DNA of 64,000 nt, from NCBI GenBank assembly GCA_018713745.1, contig DVOH01000016.1:15604-79603 (forward strand). The letters are read 5' to 3'. The notes under the pieces are model-generated. The model saw only the letters and a program-made list of their open reading frames with translations, had not been told where the DNA came from and did no database searches. Source of the DNA: Candidatus Stercoripulliclostridium merdipullorum. Its GTDB lineage: Bacteria > Bacillota > Clostridia > Christensenellales > DTU072. Shown here piece after piece: positions 42,729 to 52,089 of this stretch. A program made the translations under genes and the position numbers. Each line of letters begins with the position of its first letter. Position 1 is the stretch's first letter.

Positions 42729-45700
42729 ATGGTATATCGCATTTACGTTTCCAAAAAACCCCGCTTCGACAGCGCAAAGCAAAAGCTTCTTGCCGATCTC
42801 AACGGTACGCTCGGCGTGCCGTGCGACGACGTCACGACCTATATCCGTTATGACGTCGAAGGCATCGACGAAGCGACGTTGAAAGGGGCAATCGACGGGA
42901 TTTTCAGCGAGCCGCCCGTCGACGACGTTACCGACCGTTTGGTCACGGATGCCGGCGATTACGTATTGATCGTCGAGTATCTCGAAGGACAGTACGATCA
43001 GCGCGCCGACTCGGCGATGCAATGCGTACAGCTTTATACCGGAGGCGCGCGTCCCTTGGTGCGTTGCGCGACGGTGTACCGCTTCCGCGGCGTCAAAGCG
43101 GAGGACGTCGACAAAATCAAAAAATATCTCATCAATCCCGTTGACAGCAAAGAGGGGAGTGCGGATCTGCCCGCAACCCTCAAGCGCGACTATGCGACGG
43201 CAGAGCGCATGCGGGTCGAACTCAACGGACTGATCGGCTATGACGAAAGTCGACTCAAGGCGTTTTACGACGGGTTCGGATTTGCGATGAGCTTCGAAGA
43301 TCTGAAGTTTGTCCAAAGCTATTTCCGTTCGGTCGATCGCGACCCCACGCTGACCGAAATCAAGGTAATCGATACCTACTGGTCCGACCACTGCCGTCAT
43401 ACGACGTTTTTGACCGAAATCAAGTCGATCGAAATCGTTTCGCCCGATCCGCACATTGCCGAAACGCTTGCACTGTATCGCAAGACGTTTGAATCCCTTT
43501 ATGCGGGCAGAACCGACAAATACCCCTGCCTGATGGATATCGCGACGATTGCGGCAAAGGTGCTCAGGAAAGAGGGGTATCTCGACAACCTCGACCTGTC
43601 GGACGAAATCAACGCCTGCAGCGTCAAGGTGAAGGTCGACGTTGACGGCAAGGATCAGGACTGGCTGATCATGTTCAAAAACGAAACGCACAACCACCCC
43701 ACCGAGATCGAGCCGTTCGGCGGCGCGGCAACCTGCCTCGGCGGCGCTATCCGCGACCCCTTGAGCGGCAGAACCTACGTCTATCAGGCAATGCGGATCA
43801 CGGGGGCGGGCGATCCCACCGAAGGGATCGACAAGACGCTTGCCGGCAAGCTGCCCCAACGCGTGCTGACTAAGACGGCTTTGGCAGGATTCAGTAGCTA
43901 TGGCAACCAAATCGGGCTTGCAACGGGAATTGTGCACGAGATTTACAACAACCGTTACAAGGCAAAACGTCTGGAGACGGGTTATGTCATCGGCGGCGCG
44001 CCCGCGGCAAACGTCGTACGCAAAAAGCCCGTGGCGGGCAATGCGGTATTGCTGATCGGCGGCGATACGGGACGGGACGGATGCGGCGGCGCGACGGGAT
44101 CGAGCAAGTCGCACACCGTCAGCTCGGTCGAGCAGTGCGGCGCCGAAGTCCAGAAGGGTAACGCGCCCGAGGAGCGCAAACTGCAACGCCTGTTCCGCAA
44201 CGCGCAAGCGGCGCGGATGATCGTCAAGTGCAACGATTTCGGTGCGGGCGGCGTATGCGTTGCCATCGGCGAGCTTTCGGACGGAATCGATATTTTCCTC
44301 GATCGCGTCAATAAGAAATACGCCGGACTCAGCGCAACCGAGCTTGCCATCAGCGAGTCGCAGGAACGGATGGCGGTCGTCGTCGAGCGCGAAAACGTCG
44401 AGGCGTTCAAGGCGCTTGCGGCGGAAGAGAATCTCAAGGTTGCCGAAGTCGGTGTGATTACCGACAGCAAGCGGCTGAGAATGTATTACGGAGACGAAAC
44501 GATTTGCGATATCGAACGCGAATTTCTCGATACCAACGGCGTCAAGCAGACGACGACGGCGCGGATTACGGGCGAAGGATGCGACTTTTTTGTCAAACCC
44601 GCCGAAGACACCGCGCGTCTGATTGCAGCGGGAAAAGCCGGGGATGCGCTTCTGAAAGAACTTGCCAAACTCAACAACTGCTCTCAAAAAGGAGCGGGCG
44701 AAACGTTTGACAGCACGATCGGCGCGGGCACCGTTCTGATGCCGTTCGGCGGCAAACGTCAACTGACGCCCGTCGATATGATGGCAAGTTATCCCCCCGT
44801 CAACGGCATCACACATACCGTAACGTGTTCCTCTTACGGAATTTGCACCGAACTGATGGAAGTTTCGCCTTATACGGGCAGTATTTATTCGATTGTCGGC
44901 GCGGTATCCAAGCTGATTGCGGGCGGCGTTCGCTACGACAGCATCCGTCTGACGTTGCAGGAATTCTTCAAGCGGCTCAACAAAGACGCCGCGCGCTGGG
45001 GGGAACCCTTGCAGGCGTTGCTCGGCGCGTTTGACGCTCAGATGAACCTGAAACTCGCCGCGATCGGCGGAAAAGACAGTATGAGCGGGTCGTTTGAACA
45101 ACTCGACGTTCCGCCCACGCTGATTGCCTTTGCCATGGGGATTGCCGACGACCGTCGGCTTGTCCACAACGCATTCGGCACCGAAGGAAAAATTTATCAT
45201 TTCGCCGTACCCAAAGACGGCTACGGATATCCCGATTATCGGAAGCTTCTTGCCATGTACGCCGAACTCGAAGGGCTGATCGCGGCAGGGAAAGTGCGTC
45301 ACACCGCCGTGGTCGGCGTGGGCGGCAGAGCGGTCGCGCTTGCCAAGTCCCTCCTCGGCAACGGCGCGGGCGCGCAGCTCGACGCTCCCCTCGGCACCGA
45401 AGATTTTCTGCCCTTGTACGGCGATATTCTGGTCGTTGCGGACGGGCTTAAGAGCGCGTACGGCAAAAAGATCGGCAGTCTGAACGACACCGGCAATCTG
45501 ACCACGCCGTCCGAAACGGTTGCGGGCAAAGATCTCTTGCAGGCGTTTAGCGCAACGCTCGAATCGGTATTTCCGACGACGGCGCCCGCTTCGGGCGAAG
45601 CAAAAGCCGCCGAAGGGACGGCGCTCGGTGTTTTGAAGTGCAAAGCGGCAATCGCAAAGCCGCGCGTTCTGATTCCGGCGTTCCCCGGCACCAACTGCGA

Positions 45701-46454
45701 GGACGACACGGCGCGGGCGTTCGAACGCGCAGGGGCGAAGGCGGAGATTTTTGTCATCCGCAATCAGACGCCTGCCGACATCGAAGCGTCGATTGCAGAG
45801 ATCGCCAAACGCCTTTCCGACGCCCAGATGATTGCCTTCCCCGGCGGGTTCAGCGGCGGGGACGAGCCCGACGGATCGGGTAAATTTATCGCAACGACGT
45901 TCCGCAACCCCCGTCTGAAAGAGGCGGTGGAAGAACTGCTTTATGCCCGCGACGGACTTGCGCTCGGGATCTGCAACGGCTTCCAGGCACTGATCAAACT
46001 CGGGCTTCTGCCTTACGGCAGGATTGCCGCGCAAACGGCTTCGTCGCCCACATTGACTTACAACAACATTTCCCGTCACGTCAGCACGATCAGCAGAGTG
46101 CGTGTCGGCACGACCAAATCGCCCTGGCTGTCTGCTTGTAAGGTGGGCGAAATTTACAGCGTACCGGTCAGCCACGGGGAAGGAAAGTTTGTTGCCGACG
46201 ACGACGCGCTTGCCCGTTTGATTCTCAACGGACAGATCGCGACGCAATATGTCGACGATCGGGGCAACGTGACAATGGAGTCGCCCTACAACCCCAACGG
46301 TTCGGTCAACGCCATCGAAGGGATCATTTCGACCGACGGCAGGGTGATCGGCAAAATGGGACACACCGAACGGTATCGTTCGGGGCTGTACCGCAACGTC
46401 GAAGGCAATTACGCGATGCCGATCTTCGAAGGCGGCGTCAAATATTTCGGCTGA
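42729..46454 (+). CDS. purL: FGAM synthase, large single-chain form (PurS/PurL/PurQ fused)
   Basis: 1241-aa ORF. N-terminal PurS-like region, FGAM synthetase core (NHPTEIEPFGGAATC..), C-terminal glutaminase (GICNGFQAL, SHGEG). Confidence 0.9.
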   Translation: MVYRIYVSKKPRFDSAKQKLLADLNGTLGVPCDDVTTYIRYDVEGIDEATLKGAIDGIFSEPPVDDVTDRLVTDAGDYVLIVEYLEGQYDQRADSAMQCVQLYTGGARPLVRCATVYRFRGVKAEDVDKIKKYLINPVDSKEGSADLPATLKRDYATAERMRVELNGLIGYDESRLKAFYDGFGFAMSFEDLKFVQSYFRSVDRDPTLTEIKVIDTYWSDHCRHTTFLTEIKSIEIVSPDPHIAETLALYRKTFESLYAGRTDKYPCLMDIATIAAKVLRKEGYLDNLDLSDEINACSVKVKVDVDGKDQDWLIMFKNETHNHPTEIEPFGGAATCLGGAIRDPLSGRTYVYQAMRITGAGDPTEGIDKTLAGKLPQRVLTKTALAGFSSYGNQIGLATGIVHEIYNNRYKAKRLETGYVIGGAPAANVVRKKPVAGNAVLLIGGDTGRDGCGGATGSSKSHTVSSVEQCGAEVQKGNAPEERKLQRLFRNAQAARMIVKCNDFGAGGVCVAIGELSDGIDIFLDRVNKKYAGLSATELAISESQERMAVVVERENVEAFKALAAEENLKVAEVGVITDSKRLRMYYGDETICDIEREFLDTNGVKQTTTARITGEGCDFFVKPAEDTARLIAAGKAGDALLKELAKLNNCSQKGAGETFDSTIGAGTVLMPFGGKRQLTPVDMMASYPPVNGITHTVTCSSYGICTELMEVSPYTGSIYSIVGAVSKLIAGGVRYDSIRLTLQEFFKRLNKDAARWGEPLQALLGAFDAQMNLKLAAIGGKDSMSGSFEQLDVPPTLIAFAMGIADDRRLVHNAFGTEGKIYHFAVPKDGYGYPDYRKLLAMYAELEGLIAAGKVRHTAVVGVGGRAVALAKSLLGNGAGAQLDAPLGTEDFLPLYGDILVVADGLKSAYGKKIGSLNDTGNLTTPSETVAGKDLLQAFSATLESVFPTTAPASGEAKAAEGTALGVLKCKAAIAKPRVLIPAFPGTNCEDDTARAFERAGAKAEIFVIRNQTPADIEASIAEIAKRLSDAQMIAFPGGFSGGDEPDGSGKFIATTFRNPRLKEAVEELLYARDGLALGICNGFQALIKLGLLPYGRIAAQTASSPTLTYNNISRHVSTISRVRVGTTKSPWLSACKVGEIYSVPVSHGEGKFVADDDALARLILNGQIATQYVDDRGNVTMESPYNPNGSVNAIEGIISTDGRVIGKMGHTERYRSGLYRNVEGNYAMPIFEGGVKYFG

Positions 46455-46475
46455 CGACGATCTTACAATTCGAAA

Positions 46476-46497
46476 GGCGCGGCAACGCGCCTTTTTT
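46476..46497 (+). terminator. Intrinsic terminator after purL
   Basis: GGCGCG (46476-46481), loop GCAA, CGCGCC (46486-46491), TTTTTT 46492-46497. Confidence 0.7.
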
Positions 46498-46513
46498 GAC
46501 GGAAGATTCCGTC

Positions 46514-46542
46514 TTGAAAACCGCACGCGCGTTTGCTATAAT
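46514..46542 (+). promoter_or_regulatory. Sigma-A type promoter for the lipase gene
   Basis: TTGAAA 46514-46519, 17 nt, TATAAT 46537-46542. Confidence 0.5.
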
Positions 46543-46572
46543 ACTGTTATCCGGACAAGGGAGGCAGGGAAC

Positions 46573-48096
46573 GTGAATTATTTTGCCAAAAAGCGAGCGA
46601 TAGCGATAATTGCCGCGATTGCGGTGATCCTGACCGTTGCGGTGGCGGCGGTTGCGTTGGGACTGCAGACGGCAGGGCGCGCGGGAACGATCGAATTGCC
46701 CGATCCGCCTGTCGATATTCCCGATATGCTGTCGATGAAAGACATTACGCTCCCCGAAGGGATCGACCTTGACGAGCTGGGGATTTTTCTGTACAAAGGC
46801 GGCGCGGTGCAAAATCCCGCTTCCTGGGTGCGGTATGATCAAAGCGACGTTCCCTTCGACGAGACGCACAAGACGGTTTTTTATGCCCACGGCATGGGAG
46901 AAGCGCAATATATGCCGTTTGCCGATCGGTGGCGCGCGGCAGGCTATAACGTTGCGACATTCTTGTGGGGACCGTTTTCCCGCTTCGATCCCGCAACGGG
47001 ACAGAACAACGTTTGGACGGCTTCCCCCGATCTCATGCGGTGGATCAATCCCGACGGCGATATCGTAAAAGACAATCCCTCCGATCACAGCGTTGCGGAG
47101 ATTTATGCCGCTTGTTACTATGACTTTTTGTCCACGCATCGCTTCCGCGGGGACGAGCTGATAATCGCCGGGCATTCGCTGGGCGGTCAGATGTCGATTG
47201 CAATCAGCAACATCCTGTTACAATACTATAAGGCGGGTTCGATCGGGGCGGAATTCCTGCCCGACCGCGTCGCTTTGCTCGATCCTTATATTACGGGGAT
47301 GTCGGTACCGAACGCCACGATTTCCTGGAGCGGGATGGCGATGACCGAAGGGATTAACCGCGTCGCCGCAGAAACGGCGGCACAACTGTTGGAGTACGGA
47401 ATTCCGGTCGAATTTTACCGCACCTCGGCGTTTGTCGCGATGCCGGCTCTGCTGGGGAGCGAATTGTCCAAGCAATACAACGCTCGTTTTATGGAGGACG
47501 TCGTGTATGTCGAGTACGATTATACGGGCGACGATATCTTCGAACGGGCGCATACCATTGTTTGGGATCTCTATCTCGGCGGAATCGTTAATCCCGCATA
47601 CGACGATCAGACGTCGGGGCGGGGCTACGGGATCGGAATCCGCACGCCTTACGTTTACTCGCTGATGCGCACGGGCGAACAATACAAGGGATCGTTGAAC
47701 GGAACGCCCGAGCAATTCGATGACGACACGATGGCGTCCGTCGGGATCGACGCAGCCGTGATCGGCGGCATAGCGTTTTGCGACGAGAACGGCAACGGCA
47801 GGATGGACGAACGGATGGGAAGTCGCGTGGCGGGCGTCAAAGTCGAGCTGATCGACGCGGCAAGCGGCAAGGTGATCGACAGTACCTTGACGGGCGAAGG
47901 AGGGTGGTATCGCTTCTTCGTCAAGGATGTTTCCAAGCAATACCGCGTGCGCGCGACAAAGGACGGTGCGCGGTTTTCGGCAGTGACCGACGGAGCGTGG
48001 TACAACGCCAACAAGATTGCGGGCGGCACCTCCGAAGCGTTTGGATTGACGGACCGCTATGACGCACAAATCATCAATATCGGAATCCTGAAATAA
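46573..48096 (+). CDS. Membrane-anchored/secreted alpha/beta-hydrolase (lipase-like, GHSLGG nucleophile elbow) with C-terminal SdrD-B/Cna-B-like domain
   Basis: 507-aa ORF with GTG start after GGAGGCAGGG. N-terminal TM/signal helix. IIAGHSLGGQ serine-hydrolase motif. The C-terminus (GGIAFCDENGNGRMDE...GVKVELIDAASGKVI...GWYRF) is typical of SdrD B-like repeats. Confidence 0.65.
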   Translation: MNYFAKKRAIAIIAAIAVILTVAVAAVALGLQTAGRAGTIELPDPPVDIPDMLSMKDITLPEGIDLDELGIFLYKGGAVQNPASWVRYDQSDVPFDETHKTVFYAHGMGEAQYMPFADRWRAAGYNVATFLWGPFSRFDPATGQNNVWTASPDLMRWINPDGDIVKDNPSDHSVAEIYAACYYDFLSTHRFRGDELIIAGHSLGGQMSIAISNILLQYYKAGSIGAEFLPDRVALLDPYITGMSVPNATISWSGMAMTEGINRVAAETAAQLLEYGIPVEFYRTSAFVAMPALLGSELSKQYNARFMEDVVYVEYDYTGDDIFERAHTIVWDLYLGGIVNPAYDDQTSGRGYGIGIRTPYVYSLMRTGEQYKGSLNGTPEQFDDDTMASVGIDAAVIGGIAFCDENGNGRMDERMGSRVAGVKVELIDAASGKVIDSTLTGEGGWYRFFVKDVSKQYRVRATKDGARFSAVTDGAWYNANKIAGGTSEAFGLTDRYDAQIINIGILK

Positions 48097-48124
48097 TCTA
48101 TCGGAAACCCAAAAGGAGAAAATT

Positions 48125-49474
48125 TTGAAACTTACCGTAATCGGGGGCGGCGGCGTCCGCAGTATGTTTTTGTCAAAAAGTATCGCAGTTTACGGGCGCG
48201 GACTGGGGATAGACCGCTTGACTCTCATGGATAACGATCCGGTCAAACTCAATATCTTCGGGACGATGGCGAAGGCGCTTGCCGCACGCATCGATCCCGA
48301 ACTCAAGGTCGAATTGACGACCGATCCCGTCCGCGCGCTGGACGGCGCGGATTATGTCATTACGACCATCCGCGTCGGCGGAGACGACCTTCGGGTCAAG
48401 GACGAGCGCGCCGCGCTGTCCTGCGGGATCCTGGGGCAGGAGACGACGGGGGCGGCAGGGTTTTCGTTTGCCATGCGATCGATTCCCGCACTGGTCGGCT
48501 ATTGCCGCATGACGGAGCGTTATGCCGCAAAAGGAGCAAAAGTTTTCAATTTTACCAATCCCGCAGGCATCGTGTCCGAAGCGTTGCGGCGGGAAGGGTT
48601 TGATTTTACCTACGGGATCTGCGATGCGCCGAGCGGGATGCTCCGACAATTCCGTCGGTTCTACAACGGGACGACGGCAGAACTCAAGGGGTACGGACTC
48701 AATCATCTTTCCTTCTTCTCTTCCGTCGTCATCGACGGCGTCGAGCGCGTGCATGACCTGATTGCCGATCCCGAGGCGTATCGTCGCACCGATTTGCGGT
48801 TTTTCGATCCCGCAACTTTGAAGAGTGCCGGGGAGATTTTTAACGAATATGTTTATTATTATCTCAATCCGGAGCGCGCCGTCCGCAATATTTTGGCGGC
48901 AAAAGAGACGCGGGGCGAGTTGATTGTCCGCGTCAACCGCGCTTTGATCGCAGAATTAAAGGACTTTGACGTCGAAAAGAACTTCGACCGCGCGCTTGCG
49001 ATTTACGGGCGGCAGCATGCCGAGCGCGAAAACGCTTATATGGCGACCGAGACGGGCGTTCGGTGCGATACCGAATTCCGCTTCGATCCCCTGACGGCGG
49101 ATGACGGTTATGCGGGCGTTGCGCTGGACTTTATCCGCAACAGTCGCAGCGGATCGGGATCGATGGTGCTTTGCGTCCCCAACAACGGCGCGATCGACGA
49201 TCTCGAGAAAGACGACGTCATCGAAACAAGCGTCCGATTCGAGGGGACGGGATTTGTCAACGACCGTGCAGGAAAACTCAAAGATTACAACCGCGAGTGG
49301 ATTGTCCGCGTCAAAGCCTACGAAAGAGAAGGCGCCAAAGCGATTTTAAGCCGCGATAAGGCGGGCGCGATTGCGGCATTGTCGGAGCATCCTCTGATCG
49401 GCAAGGCATACGCCGAAGGGCTGGTCGGTATCTTTGAGCGCAACAATAAGGGGTTTTTTGAAGGATGGCGGTAG
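48125..49474 (+). CDS. Glycoside hydrolase family 4 (NAD/Mn-dependent 6-phospho-glycosidase-like)
   Basis: 449-aa ORF with TTG start after AAAGGAG. MKLTVIGGGGVRS Rossmann N-terminus, QETTGAAGFSFAMRSIP, NFTNPAG, ICDAP motifs characteristic of GH4. Confidence 0.8.
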   Translation: MKLTVIGGGGVRSMFLSKSIAVYGRGLGIDRLTLMDNDPVKLNIFGTMAKALAARIDPELKVELTTDPVRALDGADYVITTIRVGGDDLRVKDERAALSCGILGQETTGAAGFSFAMRSIPALVGYCRMTERYAAKGAKVFNFTNPAGIVSEALRREGFDFTYGICDAPSGMLRQFRRFYNGTTAELKGYGLNHLSFFSSVVIDGVERVHDLIADPEAYRRTDLRFFDPATLKSAGEIFNEYVYYYLNPERAVRNILAAKETRGELIVRVNRALIAELKDFDVEKNFDRALAIYGRQHAERENAYMATETGVRCDTEFRFDPLTADDGYAGVALDFIRNSRSGSGSMVLCVPNNGAIDDLEKDDVIETSVRFEGTGFVNDRAGKLKDYNREWIVRVKAYEREGAKAILSRDKAGAIAALSEHPLIGKAYAEGLVGIFERNNKGFFEGWR

Positions 49475-50355
49475 CGGGATACGACAAGCTCAACCTCGAT
49501 CTGATTTTTTCGGGGTTAGACCGACTGCCCGTGCAGGGCGAAGAACTTTATGCCAAACGGTTTGCCGTCAAAATAGGCGGGGGTTATTTTGCTTCGCTTG
49601 CCGTTGCGGCAAATCTCGGCGTCGACGCCAAATGGGTGGGAGCCGTGGGCGAAGGTGCGTTTTCGGAATTTCTGCGGGCGGAAATCGCCTCCCTCCCCCT
49701 TCGGATCGAAGAACTTGCTTCGGGCGCGATGCCGTTCAATCTGACCGCGGCGGCGGTGACTCCGGAGGACCGCACTTTTTTGTCCTACGGCGGCGATCCC
49801 TTCCGTCCGACCGCAGGCGTTTTGTACGCTACCCTTAAGGGGTATCGCCACGTTTTGACGGCGGACGGATTTCACGACGTTTATCGGAAGCTGAAAGCGG
49901 AAGGCGCGGTTTTGTTATACGACCGCGGCTACGATCCCGCCATGCGTCTTGCCGATTATGCCGACAGGCTGTCCCTATGCGATTGGTATTTCCCCAACCG
50001 CAAAGAGGCGATGCGCCTGACGGAGCGGTCGTCGGTAGAGGAAGCGGCGGCGGTTCTTTCCGAGTTTCTCGATCCCGTCATCGTCAAAGGCGATCGGGAG
50101 GGCGTATATTGTCTTTCGGGCGGAAAGGGACGTTGGCTTCGCCTTCGGCATCGGTTTGAAGCCGTCGACGCGACGGGGGCGGGCGATGCCTTCCTCGGCG
50201 GTTTTTTGTACGGACTGGAGCAGGGATACGATCTCGAAAAAACGCTTGCCGCGGCGATGGCGGCGGGTGGAACGGCGGTCGAAGCCGTCGGCTGTCTCGG
50301 CAAAATGCTGACGGCAGAGCAGATGGAGTCCTTGCTGAAAAAAGAGGGCTACTGA
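49465..50355 (+). CDS. PfkB-family carbohydrate kinase
   Basis: 296-aa ORF with the C-terminal DATGAGDAFLGGFLYG signature of the ribokinase/PfkB family. Overlaps the GH4 gene end. Confidence 0.8.
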   Translation: MAVAGYDKLNLDLIFSGLDRLPVQGEELYAKRFAVKIGGGYFASLAVAANLGVDAKWVGAVGEGAFSEFLRAEIASLPLRIEELASGAMPFNLTAAAVTPEDRTFLSYGGDPFRPTAGVLYATLKGYRHVLTADGFHDVYRKLKAEGAVLLYDRGYDPAMRLADYADRLSLCDWYFPNRKEAMRLTERSSVEEAAAVLSEFLDPVIVKGDREGVYCLSGGKGRWLRLRHRFEAVDATGAGDAFLGGFLYGLEQGYDLEKTLAAAMAAGGTAVEAVGCLGKMLTAEQMESLLKKEGY

Positions 50356-51930
50356 TCAGGTACGGGAGCTTGTTCGGTAAGCGAGATTCAATCGGCGCAG
50401 TTTAAGCTGATCTTCGCGGCTGATGTTCAGCCGCTCTTTTTCGATTAGTCCCGGGGCGTCCGATCGGGCAAGCGACTCGACGCAGTAGCCCGCGCCGCCC
50501 ACCGCTTCCAGCGCGCGGATCGCCGAAGCCAGACGCAACAAAAGGCGGGGGGCAAGGGGCGTTTCGTCGGGGACGGATACCGATGCGACGGGACAATACG
50601 GCGCGGCTTCGGTCGTGAGAAGCGAGGGGTATTGCCGCATCAGCGCGGCTTTTGTTTTGGGCGGAAGGGTGTTGTCCGGCGCGAGAATCGCTCCGAGTGC
50701 CGCGCTCGGCGTGTCGGCATTGCAGAGGATCGATTGCATCGCATGTTGCAGACAAAGTCCTTTGGGCATCAGAACGGGTCGGGCGGGATCGAAACTTTTC
50801 AGCTCCGCCGCAACGCGGCAGATATTGTCGGGAGCTTCATATAGATCAGATACGGGATTCCAAACAATAACGGAAGGATGCCCGATTGCAATATTTTTGA
50901 GTTCTTCCCATCGTTTCGGCAAAAGCGAATTTCCGCGCGCGGCGCCCTCGACGATAACCGCCATTCCGATGCGGTCGGCAAAGGCGAGATAGGCGGGCGA
51001 AAGTTTGCGGGCGGTCGTGACGACGGCATTGAACCCGAGCGACATCGGGTAAAAAAAGGTTTGGCGCAGGGCGTCGGTCCCGGTCGGAACAAACCCTTCT
51101 TCGCCGTAAGGCAGGTTGTCGCGCACCGCCGCAACGGGAAAGGGCTTGCCGTTGAGCAGGATGCCGCGCCCGGTCGTCGTGACCGTGCGGTATGCGGCAT
51201 AGGTCAGTACGCGATCCGAAGCTTCCCCCGACGGCCGTCGGAGCGTGATATCGAGATCGTAAAGTGCGGGATCGTCGGGCGACCAGGGACGGAGATCGGG
51301 ACAGGGGACCGACAGCGTGAAGTGGGGCTCGGCGCGATAGCGGTACCGTTCGGCTTTGCCGGAGGGGGACTTGAGGACGACTTCGAGCAGAGATCCGGGA
51401 CAGGGGTCGGCATAGCCTTCGACAATCAGACGGTGTTCGGCGGCGACTGCGGTCGCGCCGAGGGACAAAATACGGTCTTTCCCCGACCATTCCAGCCATA
51501 CCGTTCCTTCGATCCCCGCCGTCGTGCCGCTTGCGGCGGTTACGCTGACGACAAGGGTGTTGTCGCCGCGCACGACGCAGTCGGAAATATCGAAAGCGAC
51601 AAAGGACGCGCCGTCCGTTACGCCGACGAGTTTTGCATTGACAAAAATTTCCGATCGGTCGGAAAGATGCGAAAAATGTAAGAGAACCGTCCCCGACGCT
51701 TCCTCCCCGAGCGAAAACGTGCGGCGGTACCACACGCTTCTTGCCTGCTCCGTTACGCCGCTTGCGGCGCTACGGCAGGAGTAGGGCAAACGGCAACGCG
51801 CGGCATATCGCGCCGTCGAAAAAAAGTAGTCCAGCGGTTGCGCTTTGCCGCACTCAAACTCCCATTCGCCGTTCAACGAGCGGAAGGCGGGGCGAAAGAA
51901 ATCGGGTTTCGGGTGAAAATTTTCGTTCAT
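50356..51930 (-). CDS. GH2-like protein (sugar-binding jelly-roll + Ig-like + TIM-barrel-like region)
   Basis: Start taken at the internal Met (MNENFHPKPDFFRP...). SLNGEWEF, VWYRRTF, LHF....S.IFVN and GDNTLVV resemble the GH2 N-terminal domain. The C-terminal barrel is short and the catalytic NE motif is not obvious. Confidence 0.5.
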   Translation of the reverse strand: MNENFHPKPDFFRPAFRSLNGEWEFECGKAQPLDYFFSTARYAARCRLPYSCRSAASGVTEQARSVWYRRTFSLGEEASGTVLLHFSHLSDRSEIFVNAKLVGVTDGASFVAFDISDCVVRGDNTLVVSVTAASGTTAGIEGTVWLEWSGKDRILSLGATAVAAEHRLIVEGYADPCPGSLLEVVLKSPSGKAERYRYRAEPHFTLSVPCPDLRPWSPDDPALYDLDITLRRPSGEASDRVLTYAAYRTVTTTGRGILLNGKPFPVAAVRDNLPYGEEGFVPTGTDALRQTFFYPMSLGFNAVVTTARKLSPAYLAFADRIGMAVIVEGAARGNSLLPKRWEELKNIAIGHPSVIVWNPVSDLYEAPDNICRVAAELKSFDPARPVLMPKGLCLQHAMQSILCNADTPSAALGAILAPDNTLPPKTKAALMRQYPSLLTTEAAPYCPVASVSVPDETPLAPRLLLRLASAIRALEAVGGAGYCVESLARSDAPGLIEKERLNISREDQLKLRRLNLAYRTSSRT

Positions 51931-51939
51931 ATCGGCAAT

Positions 51940-51968
51940 ATTATAGCATATTGCAGGACGCCGTGCAA
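51940..51968 (-). promoter_or_regulatory. Sigma-A type promoter immediately upstream of the GH2-like ATG
   Basis: Minus strand TTGCAC (51968-51963), 17 nt, TATAAT (51945-51940). Only 9 nt (ATTGCCGAT, no SD) separate the -10 from the ATG at 51930. Confidence 0.45.
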
Positions 51969-52021
51969 CGGATTGGCTCCGTCGCACGCCGCGTCGGCGC
52001 CCAAATTCTTGCAAAAAACAG

Positions 52022-52050
52022 TTGAATTATAAATTATTATATAGTATAAT
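52022..52050 (+). promoter_or_regulatory. Sigma-A type promoter for the lipoprotein gene
   Basis: TTGAAT 52022-52027, 17 nt, TATAAT 52045-52050, in an AT-rich intergenic island. Confidence 0.5.
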
Positions 52051-52089
52051 ACAAAATGCTGATCAATTTTTATTGTTGCAGGAGCAAAC

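Noticed and set aside
41439-46526. 1695-aa ORF on the minus strand spanning purD-purL
   Set aside because: It is exactly antisense to purD and purL, both of which have unmistakable conserved motifs. The translation is Arg/Gly/Asp/Val-rich and low-complexity with no recognisable domain. This is a typical stop-codon-poor antisense frame in GC-rich coding DNA.
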